Source: Lingula anatina (taxonomy: Eukaryota > Animalia > Brachiopoda). From it: 64,000 nucleotides of DNA. The position numbers were made by a program, and so were the translations under genes. Of this stretch, positions 47,177 to 62,090 are shown one piece after another. The notes under the pieces are model-generated. The model ran no database searches. It was not told where the DNA came from and worked only from the letters and a program-made list of their open reading frames with translations. How positions within the stretch are numbered: position 1 is the stretch's first letter; every line of letters begins with the position of its first letter. The DNA lies in NCBI GenBank assembly GCA_051362555.1, contig CM120640.1:26150225-26214224 (forward strand). Direction: 5' to 3'.

Positions 47177-48528
47177 CAGATAGGCCAATTGTCATTAACT
47201 CACAGGAGTGGTCAATCTTTCTAAAACACAGGTTGAGTTAAAAGACCAGCATAATCGGGCCATTATTTTAGAAGTTATGTTGTTTTTTCACATTTTCTCA
47301 GATTCAATTCTTAGGCATGTTAACAGTTTCATTATTTAATTAATAAGATATTAAAAGTGTTTGTTTGACATTTCCTGCATCTTTACAACATTGTTAGTTG
47401 ATTTTGTAAAAATGATGGTTAATTTGTTATCGTGTATTGTGTAATAAAGTTTCAAAAATGGAAATAATTTCATATCATTGCAGTTTGTCAGATTCAATCA
47501 TTCACTATGTTCAGAATCTCAGAATGGAAGAAATTGGACATTTAACACTGCTCTATTGATATTTTTCCCATCTCATCAATTTTCTTAGTTGATCATATAA
47601 AAATGGCAGTAAACTGTTCATTTTGTTTTATGTTAAAAAATGTTAAAAATGGAAAAAAAACATTTCAGAACAGTGCTGTCTTGTTTACATTTTGGCATTT
47701 TCAAGTTGTGACTTTGACGTTCCATGGGCCTGAAGACCTTTGCTAGTCACATTTTCTGAATATCCATGATACTAATATTTTATTATTAAAAATTGATGGT
47801 CATTATGCTGTTAAACATTATGTAATATTGCATCAAAATTTGAAAAAATCCTATTTTGGGCACTGCTCCCATGATGACCATTTAAGAAAAACCATGTCAC
47901 TTACTGTTCTCAAACTTACAGGAAAGAAACATGGGATTAAAATATAGCTTCAGTAGGCAATGCAATCTGCCAGTTAAACAGTTTTTTTGTGAAATTTTAA
48001 TTTTTCACATATTGACATTTTCAAGGTGTGACTTTGAAGTTCCACAGGCTTGAAGACCCATGCTTGTCACATTTTATGAAAATCCATGATACGTATATTT
48101 TATTATTAAAAATTGATTGTCATTATGCTGGTAACCATTATGTAATATTGCATCAGAATAGAAGAAAACACAATTTTGGGTGCTGCTGCCATGATGACCA
48201 TTATGGGAAAACCATGTTACTTATGATTGCCAAACTTTCAAAAAAGAAATACAGGACTAAAATGCAGCCTGAGTTGGAAAAGCAGTCTAATTGACTTCTT
48301 TTTCTGGAACTTTTACATTTTCAAAGGGTGAACTTGAACTCCCATGGGCCTGAAGCTTTATGTTTGTTACACATTTTACTTACATTGGTATTACCTGTTG
48401 AGCATAATTAGAATTTGATGTTGAATTTGCAGTTTAACATAATGTACTTTTGCATCAGAATTGACAGTAGCCTATTTTGTTATTTCCTGCTTTTTGTCTG
48501 TACATTTGACAGCTTTGCTGCCTTGTTT
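47177..48528 (+). mobile_element. HINE family 1, 3' portion (continues the copy broken at 26433)
   Basis: Begins cagataggccaattgtcatt, which follows caatataagaaaaa in intact copies; ends tgtctgtacatttgacagctttgctgccttgttt. Confidence 0.8.
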
Positions 48529-48938
48529 TACTGTCATTTTCATAGTGAACACTGCGTTACCAAGTAACAAAGTTACCAGTAATATTAAGTGAAATTTTGG
48601 TGCCTTACAATGGATAATATTTGAAAAAGTGACATCTGAAGCACAGTGCATTACATAGCATATCCTCTCGACATGCAATAAAATGTCATAGTTGTGAACC
48701 TGGGGTTGCTCTTCAAGATGATGAACGTGGCTGCATGGTATCTGTAGCAGAATATGTCTACTGATTTATTATTAGAGAAAATTTGCGTTATAAACAAATT
48801 ATGTTTCCAAATTATGGAGTAAGTTACATTCTGGTTATAATAATAATTGTTTTCAGTTGTTTCTTTCACCAACATAAGTCCACATTCTCATCCAATTGTG
48901 TTTTTAGTGAAAAAACTCCTTTCTTGCCCAGGTCCTGG

Positions 48939-51343
48939 TTATGGTTTTTCAGTGAAATCTATATCCCTTTCTTCCTTAGTGAAATTTGAGCTTTCGCTAG
49001 AGGGTTTAAAATATGGATCCTTGTATGGTACTGCATCACCGATATATGTCACTTCTCTGTGTAGTGTGGGCATGAAACCTAAAATAAGACGACTTTTATT
49101 TACTAATAATTTAGCCTTGTGTCATGAGAACCAATTTTGAAAAAGAATTTTGAATTACTTAATTTAGATAACCACTTGGATATGTTTTTACACATGCTAC
49201 AATTTATTATCTCTTTGCAGAAGTGCACTCACCAAATCGTCTTGCTCTTTTTATTTGGACCACTATTCTCTTTTGCATTGGTATGCATAAACCAGTAATC
49301 TTACTGCTGTATATTCTGCCAGTATGGGGAGAAATAAACTGGTTAAGCAGTTGAGTATTCTGTAACAAAAATACAAGAAACAAGATCTAGAAGTGCAAGT
49401 ATCTGAAGCAATCCCCAAGTTTTGTCTTCATATATTACCAAGAACAAAAGATTAGTGCAATTTAATTATAAAACACAACATATTGTATAATCAAAACTTT
49501 TTTTTACATTCCAAAAACAATTTTACAAAATTACACACAAAAATACCTTGTAATCCAGCTTAACATCATATTCACATAAGTAACACTTTCTTCGCTTTTT
49601 TTTGTATGGATTGCTCATCTGCCTGAAAGGCTTTGAAAAAAAAAATCCACATTAAACCCTAACAAATAATCCAGCATATTCTTGCCAACTGTCTGTCCCT
49701 GAAGCCCATTTATTTTCTATTTACCATTTCATTTCAATATCTGAGTACTATAATACCTAGAAGCTGTAAACAAACTCTAAAACCTTACAAGGGACTGTGC
49801 TACACGGAACAGATGTTCAAAATGTATCTTGGAGGCTTTAAGTGCCAAGTTACAGAGCAGACAACAGCCTTGAAAGGATATGGTGTGTTTTATAAAAATA
49901 ACTCAAGCTATATTCTACCTTATCAGACTTTTGTTCTCTTAAAATTTTAGCTGCCCTTCGCTCTTGTGCTTGAAATGCACGAATCAGTTTTTCTCGTGAG
50001 AAGCCCCCGTCATCTTTTGACTGCAAATCATGAATGTCAGCATCTGTAGCTTCATCTTGTTTCCCACTAAATTCATCCTCATCATGGATAAAATCTTTTT
50101 GCAGCCTAGCTGATGTTGTAAAATTTGCACTTCCTAATAAATATTGAAATAGAGCAATTAATGCTAATATTTTACCTTCCCATGCTGTGATGAAAAAGTT
50201 ATCACTTGTCTATCAAATGTATGTAGTTTATAATTGCGCATGCACGCACACACATATGGATGCACCAGTTGTCCGTTGTTTGCCTCATCCTAAACTGATC
50301 GTGTTAGTAAAATGCTTTAGGCAGGGTCAAGTATCTCTATAACATTGACAGATAAAATGTTAAAGTTCTTTAGTCAACATGTCAACACGAGCTACTTGTA
50401 CTCGTTACTGTTGATATTGTACAGAACTTCCTCTCATGTCGCTGACCAGCTAGAAGGGTTTCAAATGATGAGATGTCATGTCAAAATATGCAAATCTGGT
50501 GATGAACAAGAATGTAAAGCAGCGAACTTTGAGAACATTTTGCAGTTTTATTTGAAAAGATCCTAATCTAATATAAATGTATTTAGATAAAAGAAATAAC
50601 TTTAATGGGGTAATAAAAAAAATGAGGGGTGGCAATAGTATTCTTTTTATGTTATGCTTCTCAAATGTGTGGTTGTGTAAGCAGCTGCTCCCACACTGAA
50701 AATTATTTTTTTTAAGTTGCCATACAGTATCTCACAAATTTGAGATTTGGACTTTAAATAATTATTTTGATTTCCCTTGAAAATAATCTTGAACAGAGTT
50801 AACTTTTTGTTAGAAAAAAAAATCTCAGACGTACATATCTTTGCAATGTACATATTTTGGAAGGACACGTGTAACATAACCATCTTTCCCCCCCTCCCAT
50901 ATACTTTCAAAGCAATTTTACATTGAGCCCTTATAAACAAGTCATCTCTTCGAAGTCTTGGGCCTCAGTTTATAAACTGAATTTATTCGGACCTGCTATA
51001 CATTCGGCCTTACATTTACAGGAACAACTCTAAACATGCTGCACGCACTTCACAGCAGGTAAGTGTGCAAGGCCAGATACCAAGACAAATTGAACTTCCG
51101 AATTATCAAAAACATATACAGGATGCCCGAGACTATTTAAAGTGTCCGGGGGGAAAAGATCATGGAGTTTAGGTCCAGGAGACGTTCCCTTACTTAAACT
51201 ATTAAGTTTTTGATATTCTCACCTATAGATCGCAAGCTTTTAGAAACATCTATGTTTACCACTTTCGTCGCATTTACATTAAAATACGTGCGCCAAACAT
51301 AGCGTAAATTAGGGAAAGCTTTTTTAAGTATGGACGTCGCCAT
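48939..51343 (-). CDS. MRPS18C: Mitochondrial ribosomal protein S18C (bS18m), 5 coding exons
   Basis: Basic presequence MATSILKKAFPNLRYVWR, then MSNPYKKKRRKCYLCEYDVKLDYK|NTQLLNQFISPHTGRIYSSKITGLCIPMQKRIVVQIKRARRF|GFMP, the S18 zinc-ribbon signature; GT-AG phases are compatible. Confidence 0.9.
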
Positions 51344-51554
51344 TGTGATGGGTCCCGCACTTATTTACAAACTTCAAAATTATATTGATATATGAAAGTG
51401 TTTTATGTACATTCAAATGTCCTTTCAGAATATTTTTAAAGCCATTGAAATTTGATTGAGTTCGTTTTGCTTAATATCATAATGGTACTTCTCTTCGATT
51501 ATTTGTAGAATTTTGGTGCAGTGCGCTGCGGGACATTCACTCTGGAAAACAGCA
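51344..51554. promoter_or_regulatory. Bidirectional promoter MRPS18C/ELMOD3
   Basis: Divergent ATGs at 51343 (minus) and 51555 (plus), ~210 bp apart. Confidence 0.65.
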
Positions 51555-54500
51555 ATGGCGGACGAGGTAAACAAACGAGCATCTCTGGAAATGTGTCAGT
51601 CATTGTAAATGAGTTGCAAGCTCGTAATGGCTCTCGAGTCACTGGCTGTAAAAGTTCTGTTACATGGTGTTTGTTCTTTTGTTGTTACGTGTAAAATCAT
51701 GGCACTGAACGTCACTTTTTTTACCGGAAAATCCAGAACCTATTAGAGACGAAATGTGAAATGAATAATTTACCCAAACTAAAAGAAGAAAGATGTACAT
51801 GTTGCGGTTTAATATTATCCTTTCAAAGCAAAACAGCAACTAAACACAAAAAAGCTTTAAGTACTCTAGTGGATTTTTTTGTTTAAAGTGAGAAATGTGA
51901 GTTAAATTTATGTACTGGTACACATCTTGTTCTTGTTTATTTCAGCTCGGCTTCCATTTATAAATATGGTATCCATTGCTTGCACATGAAACTTCTTTGA
52001 GTGCAATTTATATTCAAGATGAAACAAACATCTGCAGCAAGAACATTACCTGCACCTAAATGGGGACAGTCAGCTAATAACAAGGTTAGACAACACTACC
52101 TTCTGTAAAACTGGAGGTTTCTTATTTTATTGAGGTCTTTTTGCTTTACATGAATCAGAAGTAAATATTGTATTCTGAAGAATGAGATCATGGCATGTAT
52201 GGCTTCTTAATTTTCAAAGAGTTACAACTGAGCATGTTTATATTTCTTTCAGACTTTTTAAAACAAGTGAAATATTGAAGAAAGAATACACTTTTTTTCC
52301 TCCTTTACTAGCTTTTGTCAAATAAGAAATTGTTTATGTTACCATCAAAATATTAAATCAATTCTTTTTATTGAAGAAAAATGGAGCAGGAGAACCAGCA
52401 GATAAATACCAGGTATGTATGACTGCATATGTAATGATATAACATTTTTAGCTTTGTAAACATTTATCCAAACAAAGTGTTTGTAATACATAACACATGT
52501 AATAAGTAATAAGTAATCAATAAATTGTAAGAAATCAAATATTTGTGATACATTAAAACTGTAAGAAGTAAGGTTTAGTCAAAAATATCAATAAATTGTA
52601 AGAAATCAAATGTATACTAAATTTGAAGACGAAATATCTATATGTAGATCACTGCTTATTTTTGTTGATGTCATAATTTTATCTTTCATTCTTTATTTAG
52701 GAAGGACAGGTAGATGAAAATGGAGATGTTAATATAGAAATGAGGAAGAAAACTCATTGCGAAGATGGTCAAAGTATGAACCATTTGAATTATGTTAATA
52801 TCAATTAACTAAATTAACTGTCAGAACTAATTACTGATTAACTATCCTTTTTAGCATGTTTTATTATTTTATTTTAAATTGATGTCTTGTTTGCTTAATA
52901 CTTCAAAATGTCTGAATTTCTGTTGAAGTCTTCTTTGTTGAAAAACATTTTCTTCTATAATGTATTGGTTTGACATTTCAGGTGAATCTGAAGAGAACTC
53001 GGACCTGGCTGCTGCCATAGCAGAGTGGGACGAGGTAGAAACTGTCACTCCAGGTATGCTGCAATCATAATTGATGTGAAGAATTTTAAAATTGTCTTCA
53101 TGTAATTTTTTATGATTGTCCATTTAAAGGAAAGCAAATTATTTAATTATGAACAAAATCAAACCATTTCGCCTAATAGGGCCAAACCATTCTGTGATAA
53201 TCAATTATTTGTTATACATTTGGATTATACATATAGTACTTAGAATATGGATATGTCCTTTTAGTAAAGCAGTGGGCCAGTGGTACAGATGTTACATATT
53301 TATAATATTTAATCATGTCATAAAACAGTAGCATTCTCCACTTGAATACAACTTGACTGTAGTTTCCAAAGAAAGGTGTTGTTATAATGAAATAGTAAGC
53401 TTTGAAAATTTTTGGCCTCAATTAGTACAACTTTCATTGCATTAAGGTATTCATAATTGCAGTTTGTCTAATCTGAATTATCTAAATCACACTTTTGATA
53501 AATTTATTTCAGTAAGTCTTACTGAATAATATTTTAGGTGTAAAGTGTTATGAATGCCTGTTGAAACAAAAGTGTCTTCAGCTGTTTTGCTATTGTTCCT
53601 ACATTAGCACCTGTCTTTTCTGAATCATAATTTGTATACTGGATTAATCTGATTAATAATGTTACTAATAGATATTACTTTTTGCAAACTTTTTTAAAAT
53701 GATAGTCTACTAATGTCTCTTCTTTTAAGGGGTTGACCAGCAACTTATGGGTTCTGAAGGTATAGCGTATCCTAATCTTGTTCCCCTCTCTGTGTGTTTT
53801 TACTCTCTGCATCAATCCTTATACACCTACAGTATCTACACCTAGTGACAAAGCATTGATTTTACCTAATTTTGAACACCTTTTGGTAGTAGCTAGAAGA
53901 GTTAAGTAATAGTTTGCTTTGCTTATTACTGGTTGTTTCTTTTAAAAATAGAGGTGCTAGCAAAAAATGGTGAAGAATTTGACGAGCCCTTCTGGCAGTA
54001 TTGTTGTGATAGTAGTTGCAATTATCAAATCATTAGTGAGGTTTCATGGGTTTTATAGTGATATTTTTCTGGAATTGAAAGGTGCAGTGTTTCTGATTTT
54101 TATAAGTTTATGGATGTACAAAACACTTAGTAGTGCACTAATGACCACAGCATTTTCATTAATTATGATTTTGTACCTTAATGTTTTAACTGCATGTTGT
54201 ACACTGTTCTGCAATTTGATGGTATAGTATCTATATTTTGATAATGTAGTGTAGTAATTTACTGTCCGATCACAGTTTATAGAATAAAAAAATGTAACAA
54301 GGAAAAAAATTGTCAGATAGTCTGTAATTTTGTATGTTTAATACTGGGGTACTTGAAATAATCTAAATCACAAAACTGTCAACTTTTACATTTTTCACAT
54401 TACAACTAACATAGTTAATACCTTTGTGAAAATGCAACCAAGGTAAAAGTTTGTGATTTCTTGTTTTTAAAAATATTGTAGGTGCTCCCAATTTTTCTAA

Positions 54501-55166
54501 ACAGAGCCAGCCGTTGTCATTCAATGAAGCATTGCAATATTATCAGACAAAGGACTTATCTGATGTCAGGGTAAGAAAACAGATGCATTACAAATTATAA
54601 ATACTTCTATTTTCTCTGAAGTTGCAAATATGATTGCTTCTATTAAAGATTATTTGAAACTTTGCCATATTGTAACTTATGTTTTCATTGGCTTATTTAA
54701 TTGCTGAAGAATTTAAAAATTAAGATGTCATCAGGGTGGGAAAAATATATAAGTTTTTCATTTCTTTTATACTCTGAATTTTCATTTGTTTTTATATTTC
54801 TAAAGCCTCTTATTAAAACCAGCATAGAAAGAAGGGGGTTTGCAGCATTTAAGCATTTTCTGTTGGGACCACCTAAACTTCACAGAGAACTTTTACAGGA
54901 AAGAGACATGATATTTTGCATAGCAGCAAGTAAGCCCTTTTTTTAAATAAAGTTTTTTTAATACAGACACTGTAAGTATCTGTATATATTTTGATTGGTC
55001 TGTCTGTCTGTGTCATCGCTGTAGCTGTCCAACACATGATGTTCACTCCATAACTACCAGACCGTATTTTTGTTTTACCTTAAATTTACTGAGTAGCTTT
55101 GTTTGGTAAAGAAGAGGGTTGCTTTTGTAAATCTGCATGATCGATTTACATTTATGGTAATTATTC

Positions 55167-55197
<31 letters not shown>

Positions 55198-58100
55198 TTG
55201 ATATTTTCTTTTTCACACATAAGCATTTATATTGGCCTTTTTATACCATGAAACTGAATCACTTGCTAGTTTCTCATTCTCCATGTTACCTGTAGTATAT
55301 GATGTGAGAGGGTAAGAGTGATAATGCTGTTTTACAGCAATATGTAACAGTGCATCAAAATTGGCCAAAACATTATTTGGTGCACTCTTTCCTGCGTAAT
55401 ATCTAAACATTTGTCAGTTTTGTTGCCTTGTTTTCTGTTGGTGTCTGTATATTTGTCAGCTTTGCTGTCCAGTTAATAGTTGATATCTGTTGTGTTTGAG
55501 GGCATTTGCTAAGTCATTTTTACTTAATAGATATGTATATACTGTACTGTAAAAATCAGAGTTAAGCTGGTATTTTGGTATTTCTGCTCTTAAGAATTTC
55601 TCTTTGAGTCTATAGTATCACAGTAGAAAAATGTTAAAAATTTTAAGTGTGAAGCATATTCAAATGTGTGTTTGGCAATTCATACCATGGTTATTTTCTT
55701 AAGGCCAGTTTGACAATGATGAAAGTGTCCATGTGAGAACACTGCAGACAATGTTTAAGCAGATTACTGGGTCAAAATTTGATTGTAAAAGATATGGTGA
55801 CCACTGGGATCAAATTGGGTTTCAAGGTGAGATCAAGCTCTATGATTTTACCATTTGGTTCTGCTTAAACAAGTGCAAAAGTAATGAAAGACTTAAAAAT
55901 TTAAGAATTGTCTTCACCAGACTGTTGCGCATGCCTAAACTCACTTAATTTTTGGATAACCTTGTACTTTCAGGCACTGACCCAGCAACAGACCTTAGGA
56001 GTGTTGGTTTCCTAGGTCTTCTTCACATATTGTATTTTGTAAAAGATCCAAAACTATTATCTCTAGCCAGAGACATTTATAAACTTTCATTACATGAAAG
56101 TCAGGTATAGTATGATATATTAGTCCCTTGCTTAGTGCCGTTTTCCAAAGATGAAAGAAAACAATTTCATTAGAAATGAAAAACCTTGTTCAAAGTCAAA
56201 CATCCTTCCTAACAGATGAATACACTTATTGTACCACCAGCGTTAGCGCTGGCGGTACACATGGTTTCGGTCCCGTCCGGATCGTTCCGCCGGCTCCGCC
56301 GGACGGCTACCGTTACCGCTTCTCCTCCTAGACGGTAAGGGCCCCCGTACCCATCTCATGGATTTAGGTCACCTATAATCTCAACTCGTTCCACGTAAAA
56401 TTTGGGCTTTGTCGGTATTGGGGTCTGGGTGTGGCATTCATTACAATGCACCCTTGTCTAAATATGGCAAAATTAAATGCTAATTATCTACCCTACGGAA
56501 GGAGTTATGGGAAAAATTTCTATAGACGGCTTTCCAAAAGTCATATGTGTAGATTTCAAATATACCCTTGGATTTGACCTTTGACCTTTACTTCAAGGTC
56601 AAATGGGTCAAAATTTTCAAAAAAATGAATTTTTTTACGAAAAAAAATTTTTTTTCCCTGTTATTCAGACACTACACAGACTTAACCAATAATATTATTG
56701 GAAAGTGTTACCCTTCAGGTCATCTTTCATCTCCATGAATTTGGGGTCAATCGGTGCATTTTCACGGAAGTAGCGGCCATAAGATACCGAAACTGAAAAC
56801 TGTCTCTAATTCGGGAACCGTTAATGCTAGAGACCCATTCTTTTTTGCATTTTGTAGAGCATGTAAAGCCCAACACTGGAAGTGGCCTCGGTTTTTTTGT
56901 ATTCCATACGGTTTTCGAGTTACGCTGTATCAAAAAGTACATATTGGTGGTAAAAGCAAAATGTGCAGTACGGTAATGGATAATAAATTTTGAACTCTGG
57001 AAAAATAAAACATAAGGCTTGGCAAAGCAGACAACTTGTGTTCAAAAATGACATTATTTCATCAAATTTGAACTTCTGAAACTTCAGAGCACCTCCTATT
57101 TCAAGAATTTTGACCAAAATGACATTTTCTTTATTTTAATTAATTTTTTCTGTACGAAATTTAAGGCACATTATGGTAACTCCAAAATTATAACATTTAG
57201 TCCCTTATATCTCCAAAACTGGCATAGATAGGTCCATAGTTACTATTGAAGTTGAATAGGAAGTCATATACTGGCAATCTTACTGTGACCTTGAAATTGA
57301 CCTTTGACCTACTTTTCACCATGAACTGAACTTTGCAAATTTTGCTTCCCTTTTATCTCCAAAACTGGCAGAGATAGGTCCATAGTTACTATTGAACTTG
57401 AATAGGAAGTCCTATACTGGCAATCTAAGTGTGACCTTGAAATTGACCTTTGACCTACTTTTTATCATGAAGTGAACTCTGCTAATTTCTTTCTCTTTTA
57501 ACTTCAAACTTGACAGAGATAGGTCCATAGCAGGTCCGTAGCCAGGGGGGGTTCGGGGGGTTCGAAAGAACCCCCCTTTTTGCTGGAAAAAGGTCCACTC
57601 TGGGTAAAATTTGACCTAGGTACATGGGGATTATATGGTAAAAGGTCCACTTTTTCAGAAAAAGAACCCCCCCTTTGAAATTGCTGGCTACGGGCCTGCA
57701 TAGTTACTCTTGAACTTGAATAGGAAGTCATATACTGGCAATTTACTGTGACCTTGAAATTGACCCTTGACCTATCTTACAAAGAACTTAAATTTGATTG
57801 TACCATATATATTTTTTGCAATAGTTTAAAAATTCTTGTTGATTGCATTTTTACAGCTTGTTAAGCACAAAACTGGTGGCTGTGTCCCTTATTTTGTGTA
57901 TGTGGGGGTCTATACGAATGCGCTTGCTCCAGCTGGTGGTACAATATCTGATCCTCTAGTTTTTATCTTCATGGCATTTAAATTAGCAATTCAGCAAAAA
58001 AGCAATTATCTAATTCATTTACTTAATATGCTCTGCAAAGCACAATACTTAATGACACTATCATCTCTGAGGTCTAAATCTTCTTACATGAAATTGACCA

Positions 58101-59280
58101 TTGTTGGTATATGGCAGTAGTATTTTGATTAATTAGTTGCTACGTTAATTTCTAGAATTTCCCCTTTTGTTTGATGGGTATAAATCTTACCAGAATAACT
58201 CTCCAGGCACTTAGAGAAGACTGCATTAATAAGTAAGTGTGAAGTGGCATGGCCCATAATAAAAAAAATAGAGCATAGCCCTGAATTCACTATGAAAAAT
58301 ATGTTGCAGTGAGAGGAAATTCCAATTTTTTTTTCACTGAGCCCTATTCTCAATAGTGCGGGAGAGAATGTGCTCTATACTATTTGTTACAATATAGTGA
58401 TTTTTCACCAAGGTATGAAGGAATTGATGGTGTATTTTGAATCAATAAAAATATCTAAAATGTAAAACAAACAAATTATTGAAGATACTAAAATGTTTTA
58501 CCAGTTATAAGAAAAATAAATGCACAGCAAGATATTTTTGATGTGTACAAGTTTATGTAAAAATCTTATGTGATATATGATGTTTGAAATTAACATGCAC
58601 TAAAAAGGCCTAGAATTCTACTTGAGGTATAATTATATCTCTTAATGTTCTTATTCACATCTTTCTCAGAGAGTGTAACAAACGCAGACAGGTGGTTGCA
58701 GTGGTGAATGATCTGTATGTTGGGCTTTACTTAATGTTATACCAAAAGTGGAAACACCAACAAATGACCATCATCAACTCAGGACCAGTTTTGAACGGTG
58801 AGATCGAAATGGAACATTGGTCAAACGTGGCTTATAAGAGACTTATTTTAAATAACCCTATTTGTAGAACATATTTTTCTTGAAAGCATCTTGCAGTACA
58901 GTATGGAAGTTTAAAAATTTGGCAATAACGTCACCTTAGAAGTATTTTTGCATTTGGATGAACAATTTAATCAATGTACACAGTTCTCTTATAAAAATTT
59001 CTCACATATTTCTTACTCATAAGCAATTGAATATTAATATCTTGAGTATTAGAGAAATGGCTGTGAATTACCTTTTTTATCATGATGATCTAGTGGATGT
59101 CTTTTACCATGTTAACTGCAATGATTTACTGTAGATTTGGAACATATAGCCAAAACTAATCCAAGGCATGTGCTGAGAAACCTGGAGGCCTATTTACAAT
59201 CAGCAGCTACCAGTAAAGCTCCAGGGTCTCCAAAGGAAAAGCAAGAGTTCACATTTTCTTCTCTTGATGAAGCGGTATGA
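51555..59280 (+). CDS. ELMOD3: ELMO domain-containing protein 3 (ARF/ARL GAP), multi-exon
   Basis: Exons encode AEWDEVETVTP, LSFNEALQYYQT, FLLGPPKLHRELLQERD, GDHWDQIGFQG|TDPATDLRSVGFLGL (ELMO GAP motif), NFPFCLMGINLT and ECNKRRQVVAVVNDLY; TGA at 59278-59280. N-terminal micro-exons are less certain. Confidence 0.9.
54954..55473 (+). mobile_element. Short HINE related to family 1, in an ELMOD3 intron
   Basis: T-run plus atacagacac..gtatctgtat hairpin, (GTCT)n, and 3' gtgtctgtatatttgtcagctttgctgtcc. Confidence 0.6.
56227..57964 (+). mobile_element. HINE family 2 in an ELMOD3 intron
   Basis: 13-bp subTIRs ttgtaccaccagc (56229) and gctggtggtacaa (~57932), 5' palindrome tgtaccaccagcg-ttag-cgctggcggtaca, a CCGT-rich tract, and ~140-bp internal repeats containing gacctttgacct. 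Confidence 0.7.
57531..57698. mobile_element. 168-bp MITE nested in HINE family 2
   Basis: 15-bp TIRs caggtccgtagccag / ctggctacgggcctg (1 mismatch) flanked by 5-bp TSD CATAG; sister repeats show the empty site ggtccatagttact. Confidence 0.88.
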
Positions 59281-60780
59281 AACTTATGATATACAAGTAT
59301 ATGCTTTTTACCATCTTAAATCTTCCCATTTGTTTTGTAGATACCCTGTACATGTACTTTTATATAGCATTACAATAAATTCTTTTTTCACGAAATCACA
59401 TCTAACAGCTCAAAAATTGCACATGTATACAAAATAAACTTGAAAGAAATGCTTAGTCTTTAACTTGGTTTAAACCATCAATTGAAAAACTGGTCTTAAA
59501 ATATTTAGTATTTTAAAATGAAAGTAGATAGAATGATGGAAGTACCAGAAAACTGTTGAGGACTCCAAGCAAATGGGACGATCGCATGTTTTTAAGTTGA
59601 AATCTTGTAGTCCAGCAAGGAGTAGAAGTTGATTAAATTATGAAATTACACATTAAAATGTTATGCAACAACAGGCAGTATACTTCAGGCAGTAAACAAC
59701 TCGGACATGGATAAAAGAGGATTTTGTAAATCTTTTATTTAATAAGTGTAATGCACTCTTCAGAGTTCTTAAATTTCTGATTTAATCAGTTCTGTTCTCA
59801 ACAGTACTTCAGTAACATGAAATATACGTTATTTAACTATAAATTCATATTTATCTTTCAGAAACCAGGGGTAGGTCATGGTGAACCTTCCTAATTGAGG
59901 CATTTCAGCACAAAAATCTTCCCGGATTAGCAAAAAAAAAAAAAAAAAACTGCAAAGAATTAGTAGAATTTTAAAGAATTACAATATGTTGTCAGCAGTC
60001 AGTTTTTGATGTAGAAAGATGTCATTCCTCCCAGATTTTATAAGACGTGCATAAATGGATTTGTGACCTTACTTCATGGAGTCAATATGTATAATTCGTG
60101 GTAACAAACCTACGTGATGTAGTGCACCTTGCTTAGTCTCTAGTCATTTTATGCTACTGTTTTACATACAAAATACAGCTGTAGTTTCATTAAAAATGCA
60201 AGCACATGAATGTAAATCTTTTAATGGTTAGATGCGATTATTATTTGGAATGTAGCCAGTATTGCAAGTCTCTGTCACAGCAATAATGCTTTTGACCATT
60301 ATATTATACTACTATGGTGTATTAGAATATTATATACTATTTAGTGATAACCCCGTCCACTGTTTAAGATCCACCTTTAGATGGTGAACAAATTTTTCTT
60401 TTTTACCATAATGTTGTTATGATGAGTATTTTAACTTTCTTATATTTTATTAGCAAAATATGTAGAATTTTTTTTTTTTTTATACGTGTCTACAGTACAA
60501 ACAGATTTGTTGTATAAAATGAACTAAAAAGTATAAGAAATAAACAAAAACATACGTATAAAATTTTGTAAGTATTTTTCAGGTCATCTTCCTACTGAAA
60601 ACAATTACACTTCCAGCGGTGAAATTTTTGAAGTTGAATATATACTACCAAGAATGTATTACCATTCGTGATATAACACAGGCACCTGCAGTCTCTGCCT
60701 TCATATAAGTTCTCAAAATAGCTACCTTCTTATCATATCAAGCAATAATAACCAGTTCAAAGTAATTACTCTGTGGTGAC

Positions 60781-62090
60781 CTATGCATGAATTGTCGGTA
60801 ACTGTTTTTCATCAATTTCCAACTCCTTCCACACTCTGTTGTATTCACTGAGGACATCAGCTGCACTTGGTCGAAGTTGTGGCTCTTCTCTTTTACATTT
60901 TTTATGGATACTAAACAAATGGAATTTTACAGCCTCTGCTTCTTTAGAAGTACCAAGAAAGAAATCGCACACGTCTGGCATTTTCCAGATGTCAGTTTTT
61001 TCATCATAACCTGGCATCTCAGAATCCGTAAAGTTTCTATCTTCAAATGGCCACAACTGCTCAGGAGCAACAAATTCCCCAAATAACTCCCGGTGGCCAC
61101 ATTTCACCAGTTTCCCATTTTCTTTGTCCACCTGGGGCAAAGCGTCTAAATCATTGACAACAATGTTTAGGTCATCAGTAAGAAGGAATTGATCAAGTGT
61201 TTTGTTCAGATCATTTGTATCACACATAACTCTCACTCCCGAAGGGCTGCTATGGAGAAAGGCAGTAATCTCAGCATACCTGATACACAGTCTAAATCTT
61301 GTGGCAATATTGTTGTACTTCTCAAAGTTTTCTTCTTTTAAAATATTTTCAAAATTCTTTGCTGTGCCTAATTTGTGATATGTTGTTACATAAATATTCT
61401 CACAAATTCCTATGAGTTGCACAACATACTGACTTGGTTGTAGATCTCTGACTAATTCCTTTCCATGTGTAAAATCTTCAACATATCCACTGTCAAGGTA
61501 GTTGAAAGCATACTTTTGATCCTGGTACATCACCAAGAAAACCTGCAATGATCAAAGCAAAATCAGTGCATTAGCGATACCACTGTAATGTGAATATAGC
61601 CAATGGGGAATACCTGGCATTGTCACTAAAAATGCCTGCCAAAAATAATGAAATTGAAAAATCTTACAGAATAAAATCTTAACTTAAGAAAATAAACATA
61701 GTTCTTAATGTTTCCATTATGAAAGATTTGAACACCAACAACACTTATGTTTTGCCTTTCATATCATTATTTTACAAACTTTATAAAGTTGTTATTTTAT
61801 CTAACCCCTTTAACAGCTCCATGCCCTATGGGTTTAAGGAAATCAAACTTCTGCAAAATCTCTTCACAGGTCAGCCACTTCTGACACTGCTCCATCCCTG
61901 GGCTACTGTAATAGCCATAACTGCACAACCATCTGCACACTGGCTCTCCAATTTCAATGTCAAACCAACAATCTTGTCTGTGTATCCAGGGCAACCAACT
62001 GAGTGCTTCTTTTCTGATCAACAGCCAGGCAATTCCAGAAAACAATACTGGGAGCAAAATACTTATGATGATGCAGGATGTAGAGAGCAT
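60781..62090 (-). CDS. POMK: Protein O-mannose kinase (SGK196), 2 coding exons
   Basis: N-terminal TM segment, CQKWLTCEEI, GHGAVKG|VFL, RVMCDTNDLNKTLDQFLL, NDLDALP, KCGHRELFGEFVAPEQLWP, YDEKTDIWKMPDV. Confidence 0.95.

Noticed and set aside
60781-61548. Kinase lacking HRD/DFG motifs as a novel pseudokinase
   Set aside because: This is the known atypical active site of POMK (MCD, DLD).
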